From positions 1-58,482 of the forward strand of contig NIVC01003540.1 of NCBI GenBank assembly GCA_002269645.1: 58,482 bases of DNA, in the 5' to 3' direction. The position numbers were made by a program, and so were the translations under genes. The DNA is from Macrostomum lignano. Lineage: Eukaryota. Position 1 is the stretch's first letter; each line of letters starts with the position of its first letter. Below, one piece after another: positions 35,032-47,422 of this stretch. The notes beneath the pieces are model-generated. The model saw only the letters and a program-made list of their open reading frames with translations. It did not search any database and was not told the origin of the DNA.

Positions 35032-38000
35032 CTTCAAGGCGCACCGCAACTCTGCACTGTAGCTCATAGCCATCCAGTTCTGACTGTAGGCCTCAGCCCC
35101 TCCACCTGCGAGTTTATAGCGTCCCAACAACTCAACTAAGATGAAATGAACAGTTCTAAATGTACTTTTAAACTCAATACCGACACCACCGCCTCTTCAA
35201 CCTGGAATGTCCCCTATCTGAGAAGGATTAGTAGCTACTAATAATAAATTGCACAGAAAATTATCTTTTAGACATAAATCAAATTTGATTGTCTGTATTG
35301 CTTTGGCTTTAAATTTTAACGTTTAACTTTAATAAAGTATTCATAGAATTTCATTGGCTTGTAATTCGTCAGCCGTGCTATACTAATTGGAAAGTAGTAT
35401 AAGCCGGCGTAGTAATTGAGTAATCGGGTGCATGTAGCAAGAATATATGTTTGTGATATTCAGAATTTATGATGCGTTTAGTTTACGACGAGTAAATCTC
35501 GGTCCATGTCGGTCATTTTCATCAGCGAAACACCGACTGGGCACTTTTCTTGCCCGTTAGGTAAGCAGCGCTACTGTATCAAAATACCAATGGTAGCTGA
35601 CAGCATTAATATTTGCTGTGTGCTGGCCTTTGCCAACGGTCTCCGGTCAGCCCAGCTGTTTAATGTTCGAGTGTCCTCGACTGTCGGATTACCAGGGGCT
35701 GATTACTCGGCCACGTGTAGATCGGCGGACGGCGGCGCACAGGACCTCATCAGGTTTTCGCGTCAACTTTCGTTTAATCAAGGGACATCAAACTTGTATG
35801 GATTGCTTTCTTAGGCAAGTTTCTTAGAAAAAGACATTAGGAGCTGTCCGGATGGATACGTTTTCAAAACTGAACCTCCGATCTGAACTGAAACTTAACC
35901 TGAGGTCCTCCTCAGGTTAAGGACTGGTTGGAAAGACAGTAGTGTCTTAAAGTTCGATGATTAGTGCCTTGTACTGGCAATGTACGTCCCATTAGGGAGG
36001 CAACAAACTGAAAAATACATGTATACTTAATAAACTACATGTATAGCTCTTGACCTTCTAGTCACCATTATTGTTAGTTTCTTAAACACAATAATGGTGT
36101 TGAAAGCAAAAAATCCGCTATGAATTTAAAGCATGTCAACCCACCATGGATCTTTACATCTCACCAATTCTCCCACGACCTTTAACAACTCATGCAGCCA
36201 CCCCAAGGACTTCTAGACTAACTAGATTAGTCTAGAAGTCCTTGAGCCACCACCCCCCATGAGCACCTTTTTTCATCTCAGTCTCAGGAATCCCCCACCC
36301 ATGAGTCTTGACACGACAACTCAAATCCCCCAAATGAATCCTGACATCTTAGCGCAATAACAAATAACAGCGGGCCTACATTATATGTATGCAGCTATAA
36401 TTGACATTGACGTTTGAATTTTTTATGGTTTAAAAAGGCGATCCTTTATGGTTCGTAAAAGATATCAATTTTTAAAGCAAAATCTAATTTATATACAAAA
36501 TCAGTCTACATGTACATGTGTACATGTATAACTACAGTATAGAGTGTTAGTAAGACAGTGGTTACGTACGTCCTTTGGTACAATCCGATTTATATGCCTT
36601 TGAACGTATTAATTATCAATCACACTCATTAGGTTTTGGACACAACCTTTTGCTTCTAGACACTTAATGAATTTTTGCAAAATTTAGGCCGCTATATACA
36701 TGTACATGTACATGTACTTTTGGCATTTTAGAGATACACAAGTAGCGGCCTGGTTGGGTCATTCAAAAAAGTTTAAGTGCTTGGCTTTTGTCGTAAGCGG
36801 AATCAGCAATCATCTTTGTACAAATTGCGCAAATTCTGGAGGTGGACTCAATGGAGGGGCTTGTATTTGTCGAAAGTGCGCTTGCATGGCGATCCCCAAT
36901 TTCATTTTTTCCAGGTCTTCCGCGAAGTGGATCGGACGCCTCCCTGGTTTATCATCCTGTTTGCGCCCTGCTTTTGCATAAAAATAAAAATTAGGCCGGC
37001 CATGTTGTGTATAGCCGAGTGTATGATTCTTGCAAAAATGATAACCTGTAATATGAAACTCTAGCATATATTAACGGATTGAACTATTTTTATCATTTAA
37101 ACAACTTATCAAGCACATATAATTGTTTATTACCACAATAGAAAATCTAAGTTGGTCAGAGCAAGGTAAGTTGAAGTTTGCTACGATTTTAATTTTAGAG
37201 TAATCTCTAAGTTTTTCGTTTGCAAACGCCAATATCTTTTTAAGTTTGTAACTTACTCTTGAACTTGTTTTCTTTACAAATGTAATAAAATTTGATCTAC
37301 TTAGAAAAACTATTATACAAGTCTCAGTCTCGTCTTTTTAAGTAATACTTGGAAATTTAACTTTATAGTTAAAATTTGAGCAGTATGACCCGAACATTTG
37401 CAAGTATTGTCTTCCTGCTTTTTATAATCAGTAAGTATTGCATCACTGCTCACATTCATTCATTCTTATAATTTTTTTGTTCTAGGCCCCTTCGCTATTT
37501 TATAATATCCCACCGATTTGTCACCAAATTGTTGCAAGCCTAATTCCTCTGTCTATTTATCCCTGCAGTTTCTTCACCAAATTGTACTAGAAATCGTCTA
37601 TCCTATTCTAGAAAATGTATTAAGCCTATTAAATCCTACTTTTATACTTACATGTACTTTATTTGCTATGGGCTATCGTCGGTACGAATTACCCTGGGTA
37701 GCTTCAGTGCCCGAGTGGCAAGACACTGCTGACTACTACTAAACTCTTAAACTATACAGTCCAAACATGGCATTACAGAGACCAAGGGGTTTCTGGCTTT
37801 TAGTACTGTCTTTCACGACTTAGAACTGCATCACACTTAGCTGCAACAGCCTGAATCTATTTCTTGGGAATCCTCCCTTTCTACTGGGCAATCTGCCCTT
37901 TCTTTTACTAAGCAAAACACTTGTTCGGCAATCCCTGCTTAACTACACTGGCAAAATGTCCTTTTCTATCCAACATAGTAATTGGTATTTCCAACTCGCA

Positions 38001-38073
38001 ATTCTGCTTAAATGACTAGGTTAGAAACCAGAGAAATCTGAATTTCTAGGTTACTGAGTATTGAACCCAAGAG

Positions 38074-38562
38074 CCAGCATGGAATTCTTGCATCTGGCAT
38101 ATAAAATGGAAAATTGCAACTTTTTTCGGCGCGTAATTCCATATTGAACCAAATGCAATTTTTTACAATCTTACGACTTAAACAAAATTTAATGGCACAA
38201 TTTTTGGCATTACCAATTGTCAAAATAATGTTTTGCAATAGTCTTATACTCTTATTTTTAGATGACTTGTTATAATAAATAGTAGACTGATTATCTTTGT
38301 TTCTTTAAGTAGAAAAGTTTAAATTTGAACAGTTTGCAAATAACAAACTATAAAATGTTATGTTTTATAGTAATTCTACATTTAATACAGTAAAGTCAGT
38401 AATTTAAACTGTGCAAGCAGTTGCAAAATAATTTGCAATTTTTTGTCACATTTTTTGCAGCCTGTACAGGTGCGCAATTTTTTCTGAACTGCACAATTTT
38501 TTGCAATTTTTTTCCTAAATGCAAAAATGCGTTGCAATTTTTGTGCAAGAATTCCATCCTGG
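38074..38562. mobile_element. MITE with 19-bp TIR
   Basis: CCAGCATGGAATTCTTGCA ... TGCAAGAATTCCATCCTGG (1 mismatch). Confidence 0.6.
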
Positions 38563-39992
38563 CCCAGGAAAAGGTTTAAGAAATGTTCTATTTGGCCTTG
38601 AATTTATAGTAGACAAAGTCTTGTCCTATTGGTTCGTGTATCATGCATTTAAACAATAGTTAACTAAAATAAAATTATTTTGCCCTGCTAAAACAAAATT
38701 TCTATGTTTAAAACAAAAAAATAATGCATTAAAACAAAAATATACAGTATTTGTTATTTGGTGGGAATTTAACTCTTAAGAATAATAATAATTTCGTAGA
38801 ATAAATAGACCCTTCTACATTTTATTCTAGACAGAAAAAATATTGTTTGACTAGCATAGATAAATGTAGTAAATATATCCATATGCCTTGTTTTTATAAA
38901 TAAACAGATTTTGCAATGAGCTAATCATGTAGTTATTCTCAAAAAATATTTTGACAGACTTTGTTATCTCATATCATATACATAGTAGATCTTAAGAGTC
39001 TTGTAGGAGGAAGGTGCCAGAGTGAAGCTACTATTTGTCAAGCATAGAAGTTTTAATACAATATAGTGTGATAATAAATAAGAAGCTAAGCATAGGGGGA
39101 ACCAGTCATTGGCAACAAGACATTCCAATGACAATTAAAGTGGCAATATGCAATCAATCTGGCAAAAGATGTACATATATGATATATATACCACCCATGT
39201 CACTGAAGTTATCTTAAGTAGTACTTGAGTAGTGTAGTACTGTACTATAGTATAGTATTAACTTTTACTGTGCTTTTTTATTATAATACTTATTAAATTA
39301 AATTAAACTATGTTTTATTCTTTAAATAGTATACAAGCTATTTCTTATTAAATTTAATTTATATTGGACTTAGTGATAAAATGACAAATTTGACATTTTT
39401 AATTTTTTTATTTTTGAGTTGATGGGCTACCCTTAATGTACATGTATATGTAGCAGCTCAAGTAAATATATTGATAGTATCTATTTATATATTGCACACA
39501 AAGAAAACTATACATATATATTAAAAAAATAGATATAGTCAATAAATACCAAGGTTTATAAAATGTCTTAGCACACTAGCATTCCAAGGCTCAAGCATCC
39601 ATAGCAAAGAAAAGGATTTGCTTTAATGCATTTAAGCAACTTTCCAATAATGCTTGAGCTTATTATATCCAAATGGTCTTTTGACATGTATATAGATATT
39701 TGATTAGGATGGTATTTGATTGTCTTCAAACCTTTGAAATTCATTCTTGATTAAGTGCAAATAAAATATTGTATAGCATAACCAGAATATAGTTCATTAG
39801 GAGAGGATTGTTTTAGTACACATAGGGAACCTAGTAGATTTTTTACCTTGGTTACAGTATGCTTTTAAATAAAATTATCAAGTTAATAAAATAGATTGTT
39901 ATATGCTAGCAATGTAGCTTTCACTTTTGTGCACTTTTTATAACTAAACCTTTAATAGATTAAGCAATTTGTGTTCTTGTACTTTTTCACAG

Positions 39993-42900
39993 GCCTACAT
40001 GGGTGCAGCGCTGTCACATATAAGTTGAGTAAGGATAACACTACTTGTCTGATTGTTGAGACAACTGCCACTGCTTCTGTCAGTTACACCAACTCCAATA
40101 GGCAAAAGGTTTGCTATAACAACTATTTTTCCTATTGCTTCTTCTAATTAGTTTTTACCAATGTTCTCTTTTGTTCTTTAGTCCTCACCTGCCCTGCCAG
40201 TCCTCACCTGTGATCCCATCTGCCTACCATTTATTCCTCACCTGTGATCCCATCTGCTGCCCACCATTTAGTCCTCACCTGTGATCCCATCTGCCTACCA
40301 TTTAGTCCTCACCTGTGATCCCATCTGCCTACCATTTAGTCCTCACCTGTGATCCCATCTGCTGCCCACCATTTAGTCCTCACCTGTGATCCCATCTGCT
40401 GCCCACCATTTAGTCCTCACCTGTGATCCCATCTGCTGCCCACCATTTAGTCCTCACCTGCCCTGCCAGTCCTCACCTGTGATCCCATCTGCCTACCATT
40501 TAGTCCTCACCTGTGATCCCATCTGCTGCCCACCATTTAGTCCTCACCTGTGATCCCATCTGCTGCCCACCATTTAGTCCTCACCTGCCCTGCCAGTCCT
40601 CACCTGTGATCCCATCTGCCTACCATTTAGTCCTCACCTGTGATCCCATCTGCTGCCTACCATTTAGTCCTCACCTGTGATCCCATCTGCTGCCCACCAT
40701 TTAGTCCTCACCTGTGATCCCATCTGCTGCCCACCATTTAGTCCTCACCTGTGATCCCATCTGCTGCCCACCATTTAGTCCTCACCTGTGATCCCATCTG
40801 CTGCCCACCATTTAGTCCTCACCTGTGATCCCATCTGCTGCCCATTATTTAGTCCTCACCTGTGAGGCTGTGATCCCATCTGCCTGCCCATTATTTAGTC
40901 CTCACCTGTAATCACATCTCCCTGCCCACTATTTAGTCCTCACCTGTGATCCAATCTGCCTGCCCTCCATTTAGTCCTCACCTGTGATCCCATCTGCTGC
41001 CCATTATTTAGTCCTCACCTGTAATCACATCTCCCTGCCCACTATTTAGTCCTCACCTGTGATCCAATCTGCCTGCCCTCCATTTAGTCCTCACCTGTGA
41101 TCCAATCTGCCTGCCCTCCATTTAGTCCTCACCTGTGATCCTATTTGATCTTCGCCTGCTCACTGTTTAATCCTACCCACCCTCCAGCTGGTTGCCACGT
41201 GGCCCCTGGGCGAGGCCGCTGCGATAAGCGGCCAGTGCGAGTCGGAGACCAAGGGCCAGGCCAGCCTAAACCTCACCTTCGCCGATTACTGGGTGCACAT
41301 GAGCTTCGCCAGCTCCGGCGGCAAGGCGTCCCTGGCCGGCATCGAGCTGTTCGTCACTGTGCAGAACGGCAGCCGCTTCCTCAGCCCCAACAGCACCGGC
41401 GGCCTCCTGCTGACCGCCAGCCCCAAGCTGCCTCTGTCCGCCGACACTGAGCACTTCGCCTGCGCCTCGGAGCTGCGCCTGCCGTTTGGCCAGCCCGGCG
41501 GCAGCGCCCTCGTCCTCTCCGCCACCAAGATCCAGGCCTTCGGCGTCCGCAACGGCTCCTTGAGCGCCAAGTTCGCCACCTGCGCACTGGACGCCAGGTC
41601 TTCGGTGCCGTCAGACTCTACCACTGCGCCGTCTAACACTACCGCTGCGCCGTCTGACACTACCACTGCGCCGTCTGACACTACCGCTGCGCCGTCTAAC
41701 ACTACCGCTGCGCCGTCTGACACTACCGCTGCGCCGTCTGACTCCACGACCGCTTCAACTGACACCGCTGCGCCGACTAACGGCACCAGCACCGCCGCAC
41801 CACCGACCTCGGCTGTGCCCACCACGTGAGTTCTGGGACCTTTTGTAATTAATAGAAAGTATTTTCAAGGCATTGCTCATTCATCAGCTTATTAGCAGGC
41901 CTGCGTGTGCTTGCTTCCGTGTTTGGGCCACCAATCCGATGGGATTCGGGAACCATTGAGCAATTTTCCAATGGGATTCGGGAATCATTGAGCAATCATC
42001 CGATGGGATTAATTTGGCAGAGGTTAGCGCATGCTGCCTTATGTCCGTTTTGTAAATATCAAAACTCCACAAGATTCGTCGGAATTACCAAATGGCTGCA
42101 GTGCTTTGCGGCCAGAATAGCAAAATGAATGGCCCGCTGGATTTCCAGTTCATGAAAATCTTTGACGGTCCTAATCTGGTCTTTTTAAAGTACAAGTTGC
42201 ACTTTCTATTCCGATCGCCAGCGCCTCGCCGGAGCCGCCGCTGCTCAACTTCACCGTGTTCAACTCCGCCCGGGTGCCCTGCCTGCGCCTGCAGCTGCGT
42301 GCCTCCCTGTCCATCCTGTATCGGCTGAAGTCTGGCGGCAACGCCACCGTGAAGGTCGCCCTGCCTGCCGACACCAAGGCCAGCGGGGACTGCGGCAACT
42401 CCAGCCAGACCGTCCAGCTCAGCTTCATGCAGGGCTGGCGCAGCGACCTGATCTTCGTCAAGAAGGCCAGCGGCTACGCGCTGCAGCACCTGGCCGCGGA
42501 CTACCGGCTCAGCCCCGCCCTGTTCCCCAACGCTGCCGAGCCCAGCGCCAACCGCAGCGCCTTCGGCAACGGCACCTACTTCTCCGTGGCCTCCGGCACC
42601 GCCTACTACAGCTGCCGCTCCGCCGAGACCCTGCGTCTGGATAACTTTGTTACCATGGAAACCAGGGATTTGCGCGCCCAGGTATGTTTTTCTAAATGCC
42701 ACCTGGGGGCGAGTTAGCAGTGCTATTCTGGGTACCTCTCTTGCTGACCCAGGTACCTGTAGCTGGGCTACGCCAGCTGCTCTGCCAGTCTTTAATTGAA
42801 CTTTGCTGCCGAAACTTGGCAGGTTTGGGCTGTTTGATAAACTCTTAGTGGTTGCTTATTTCTGGGTTGCTGAGCATTCTCAAATCTACTGACCAGTGAG

Positions 42901-44621
42901 TGAGCACTCCGCATCGCGCCCATGAAGAATATTCTCAGGAGGGCTGCGGGCAGCCTGGCGCGTCCCGCAGCCTGCAGTGACGGCAATTCTGCCCATTCCG
43001 CTCACTCCTGAGCACATAAGAGCACGCCGGTGGCTGCGTGCTCATGCACACGCTCACTCAGGGTGTACAGCAGCCTTCGACTGTCTAATCGTCAGGCATG
43101 CACACTCTCTGTGCCTTGGGAGTTGGCCCTCCTAGGTGTGAATCGTCAGGCATGCACACTCTCTGTGCCTTGGGAGTTGGCCCTCCTAGGTGTGAATCGT
43201 CAGGCATGCACACTCTCTGTGCCTTGGGAGTTGGCCCTCCTAGGTGTGAATCGTCAGGCATGCACACTCTCTGTGCCTTGGGAGTTGGCCCTCCTAGGTG
43301 TGAATCGTCAGGCATGCACACTCTCTGTGCCTTGGGAGTTGGCCCTCAGGTGTGAATCGTCAGGCATGCACACTCTCTGTGCCTTGGGAGTTGGCCCTCA
43401 TGGACGTGAATCGTCAGGCATGCACACTCTCTGTGCCTTGGGAGTTGGCCCTCCTAGGTGTGAATCGTCAGGCATGCACACTCTCTGTGCCCTGGGAGTT
43501 GGCCCTCCTAGGTGTGAATCGTCAGGCATGCACTCTCTGTGCCTTGGGAGTTGGCCCTCCTAGGTGTGAATCGTCAGGCATGCACACTCTCTGTGCCTTG
43601 GGAGTTGGCCCTCCTAGGTGTGAATCGTCAGGCATGCACACTCTCTGTGCCTTGGGAGTTGGCCCTCCTAGGTGTGAATCGTCAGGCATGCACACTCTCT
43701 GTGCCCTGGGAGTTGGCCCTCATGGACGTGAATCGTCAGGCATGCACACTCTCTGTGCCTTGGGAGTTGGCCCTCATGGACGTGAATCGTCAGGCATGCA
43801 CACTCTCTGTGCCCTGGGAGTTGGCCCTCATGGACGTGAATCATCAGACATGCACTCTCTGTGCCTTGGGAGTTGGCCCTCATGGGCGTGAATCGTCAGG
43901 CATGCACACTCTGTGCCTTGGGAGTTGGCCCTCATGGGCGTGAATCGCATGACATCCCACCTGGCCAATTCCTTGCACACGAGCTCCAAATTAATGTGGC
44001 AGTGCATGGATTCGAACCAGGGGTCGTGGCGCAACAGACGCGCTTACCGCTGAGCTGCCCTGCCCTTTATCGCACCCATACCAGTGAGTGAGCACTCTGC
44101 ATCACCCCCATACCAGTGAGTGAGCACTCTGCATCACCCCCATACCAGTGAGTGAGCACTCTGCATCACCCCATACCAGTGAGTGAGCACTCTGCATCAC
44201 CCCCATACCAGTGAGTGAGCACTCTGCATCACCCCCATACCAGTGAGTGAGCACTCTGCATCACCCCCATACCAGTGAGTGAGCACTCTGCATCACCCCC
44301 ATACCAGTGAGTGAGCACTCTGCATCACCCATACCAGTGAGTGAGCACTCTGCATCACCCATACCAGTGAGTGAGCACTCCGCATCGCACCCATAGTGAA
44401 TGAGTTTGCACTCTGCATCGCACCCGCAGGCATTCCGCACGGACAACAGCTCGGCTGAGTTCGCGGGCTCCATGGAGCAGTGCTTGGACGACACGCCCAT
44501 CGACAACGTGGTGCCGATCGTGGTCGGCGCGGCCCTGGCCGGCCTGGTGATTATCGTGCTCATCGCCTACCTGATCGGCAGGCGGCGGCACAGCGCCGGC
44601 AGCGGCTACCAGAGCGTGTGA
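39993..44621 (+). CDS. LAMP1: Lysosome-associated membrane glycoprotein (two luminal domains); exons 39993-40108, 41188-41825, 42222-42681, 44430-44621; first exon not located
   Basis: Two Cys-containing LAMP domains, a T/P/S hinge (TTAAPSD repeats), TM VPIVVGAALAGLVIIVLIAYLIG and a GYQSV (GYxxPhi) tail. Phases are compatible. Confidence 0.9.
40178..41142. repeat. 34-37-bp minisatellite (~26 copies) in a LAMP intron
   Basis: Unit TTAGTCCTCACCTGTGATCCCATCTGCTGCCCACCAT. Confidence 0.95.
43086..43948. repeat. 54-bp minisatellite (~16 copies) in a LAMP intron
   Basis: Unit GTGTGAATCGTCAGGCATGCACACTCTCTGTGCCTTGGGAGTTGGCCCTCCTAG. Confidence 0.95.
43968..44065 (-). mobile_element. tRNA-derived SINE head
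   Basis: Minus strand GGCAGCTCAGCGGTAAGCGCG (A-box/D-arm) and GGTTCGAATCC (B-box); no intact cloverleaf. Confidence 0.6.
44075..44400. repeat. 30-32-bp repeat resembling the adjacent acceptor-proximal sequence
   Basis: Unit TACCAGTGAGTGAGCACTCTGCATCACCCCCA; the intron ends GCACTCTGCATCGCACCCGCAG. Confidence 0.9.
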
Positions 44622-44934
44622 GGCGGCCACTCCCGGCCTGTCGGTGCTTCTGTCTGCGGCTTTGATGAACTTTCTGTGACACGGTTGGGAAACTGTGCCG
44701 CCCTGCTCTGTGCGCATTGTTTAAACACCTCATCCGCCGTTCTGCCTGTCTGACTCGATGCGTTTTCTGTATCGCTCTTTCTAATAACTCAGTTTTTTTG
44801 TAGATGCACCGTAGCAACGAATTTCTTCCATGGAGACGGCCAGCTTTTGTTTACTCGCGAACTCAGTAGCATAGCAGAGATTTTTCTCTATTTTCAGCGC
44901 TGGTTACGTAGCGCTGCATCCCGTAGAAATGCAA

Positions 44935-45150
44935 GTTGCTATGCAACCACAATAGTGTTATAGATTTACTGGTTGCTAGGCAACCACAGCAGAGTTGAGT
45001 GGTCAATATCGAGTTACAGAAATGCCGGTTGCTAGGCAACCACAGCAGAGTTGGGTGGTCAATATCTAGTTATAGAAATGCCGGTTGCTAGGCAACCACA
45101 ACAGAGTTGGGTGGTCAATATCTAGTTATAGAAATGCCGGTTGCTAGGCA
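44935..45150. repeat. 56-bp repeat (x3-4) carrying GTTGCTAGGCAAC (X-box-like)
   Basis: Motif at 44972, 45028 and 45084; variants at 44935 and 45140. Confidence 0.85.
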
Positions 45151-45649
45151 GTGCTCAGCTCTGCCAGGCTGTGATGAAGATAAACCAGCAAAGCGTGCTC
45201 ACTAACCCAGTGCGTAATTCACCTTTTTTTATTCCGGCGTGGCGCGCTCTGCCATTCCCGGCTGCGCCCCCAGCGCTGCCACCTGCAGATCTGCAGCAAT
45301 CTGCTGGGACTGCATGCAGGCCTGCTCCCCGTCCCCAGTTTTGTATTCTCTGCCCTCATTGTTTCTGAAGTAGTTCCCGATCGGCCGCTCTGTGCGTTAT
45401 TATTTCGGCTGACTGCAGCCACCTGCCAATTAAAGAGACAGATTCGATCAAAGCGATTCACCGCCATCTTGTCCTCTGCCCCCCCCCCCTACAAATCTGT
45501 TTATTTAAACAAATTATCCAATTTTTTTCAGCACAAAAATTAATTAAACTGACAACTATTTTCTCTCTTCGCTACTCCAAATGTTGGCGGCTTCACAGCG
45601 CTTCGTCATTTACGCAGCCCCTTCTCACGTAATAGGAGTGCCTGCTGTG

Positions 45650-46335
45650 TGACCTCAGTGCCAGCTGTGTGACCTCAGTGCCAGCTGTGGGACCTCAGTG
45701 CCAGCTGTGTGGCCTCAGTACCAGCTGTGTGGCCTCAGTACCAGCTGTGGGACCTCAGTGCCAGCTGTGTGCGGGACCGCCTGTCTGTGATGTAACTCTG
45801 TTCCACTCTGTGCCCACCTGTGGCATGGGACTGAATTCCACTGTGCCCACCTGTGGCATGGGACTGAATTCCACTGTGCCCACCTGTGGCATGGGACTGA
45901 ATTCCACCGTGCCCACCTGTGGCATGGGACTGAATTCCACTGTGCCCACCTGTGGCATGGGACTGAATTCCACTGTGCCCACCTGTGGCATGGGACTGAA
46001 TTCCACTGTGCCCACCTGTGGCATGGGACTGAATTCCACTGTGCCCACCTGTGGCATGGGACTGAATTCCACTGTGCCCACCTGTGGCATGGGACTGAAT
46101 TCCACTGTGCCCACCTGTGGCATGGGACTGAATTCCACTGTGCCCACCTGTGGCATGGGACTGAATTCCACTGTGCCCACCTGTGGCATGGGACTGAATT
46201 CCACTGTGCCCACCTGTGGCATGGGACTGAATTCCACTGTGCCCACCTGTGGCATGGGACTGAATTCCACTGTGCCCACCTGTGGCATGGGACTGAATTC
46301 CACTGTGCCCACCTGTGGCATGGGACTGAACACTG
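45650..46335. repeat. Adjacent 20-bp (45650-45770) and 33-bp (~16 copies, 45808-46335) minisatellites
   Basis: Units CCAGCTGTGTGACCTCAGTG and CTGTGCCCACCTGTGGCATGGGACTGAATTCCA. Confidence 0.95.
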
Positions 46336-47099
46336 CACATGATTAGCCCAATTCATATAGATGATTTGCCTGTCTGTGCACCGCAAATTTCTCAAGCTTG
46401 AGGGCTTTGGACTGGTGCCCAGTCCCATTCTGCATGCGCAGATACGGAGCGGCTCAAATCGCATGTGGCCGGCCCGATTCGCATGGAATATAAAATAAGC
46501 ATGCAGATTCCAGGCGACTCCGTGTGCTCAGAATGTAAAAGGGCTGCTTTGCTTATCAGCTCGACCTGTGCGGTACAACCGGTCTCACAGGTCCCGCTGC
46601 AACCGGCTACCTGCGAACTTTCGAACTTGCATGGCTATTCAGATTGCAGATAAGGGCCGAGTCGATATTAAAATGTTTAATAAAGTTCTGATTAAGCATA
46701 AATATTCGCACTGAACTACTGTTCATTCTGATTTCAGTAGTGCGAATTGTGTGCATTCTACAGTTTATTGATCGTCTTATGAAACGGAGAACGGTCATGT
46801 ACTTCATGTATTATTAGTAGTCCATTAGTAAAATAACATGTGCATCCATTGGCGAATACTGTAGACTCATCTCGAGGTTCAAAATATAGATGAGGCACTC
46901 GGCCAGCGTACATGGATTGAAATTTACAAAGCTCGTCAGTCAGCTTTGCCAATTGGATCCTTAAAAGCTTGCAATTTTCACCACTGCTTTGTAGAAAAGC
47001 TTTTTGGGTTTGTTACGAGTATTAACACGTTCGGGCCCCAAAATTTGAAGGCCGATTTCAAACCCTGCTGCTTTGCAAATGCTAGACTGTGATTCCCAC

Positions 47100-47246
47100 G
47101 ATGCCCTAGCAACTACTGTGGCTGTGATTCCCCATAATGGCCTATCAACAGGGCTCTGATTCCCCTTAATTGCCTAGCAACAAGGCTCTGATTCCCCTTA
47201 ATTGCCTAGCAACAAGGCTCTGATTCCCCTTAATTGCCTAGCAACT
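47100..47246. repeat. 32-bp repeat with TTGCCTAGCAAC
   Basis: Unit CTCTGATTCCCCTTAATTGCCTAGCAACAAGG. Confidence 0.85.
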
Positions 47247-47422
47247 ATAGGCCCATCCTAGTTTTGATGAGCATCCAGCCTGGTGGCCGCTTGCAGGCTT
47301 TCAAGGATCCGTACAAAATCAAGTGTGGCTGCAATAAACTCCGGCAGCCGGCAATCGTCTACCAAAGGCTCCTCGCACTTCTATTAAAAATCAGTGGCCG
47401 GTCCGATGCTCAGCGGGAGTCG

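Noticed and set aside
43968-44065. Functional tRNA gene
   Set aside because: A and B boxes are present but no acceptor stem or anticodon arm can be folded; treated as a SINE.
45669-46464. Long repeat ORFs in several frames
   Set aside because: A 33-bp unit open in many frames; no coding evidence.
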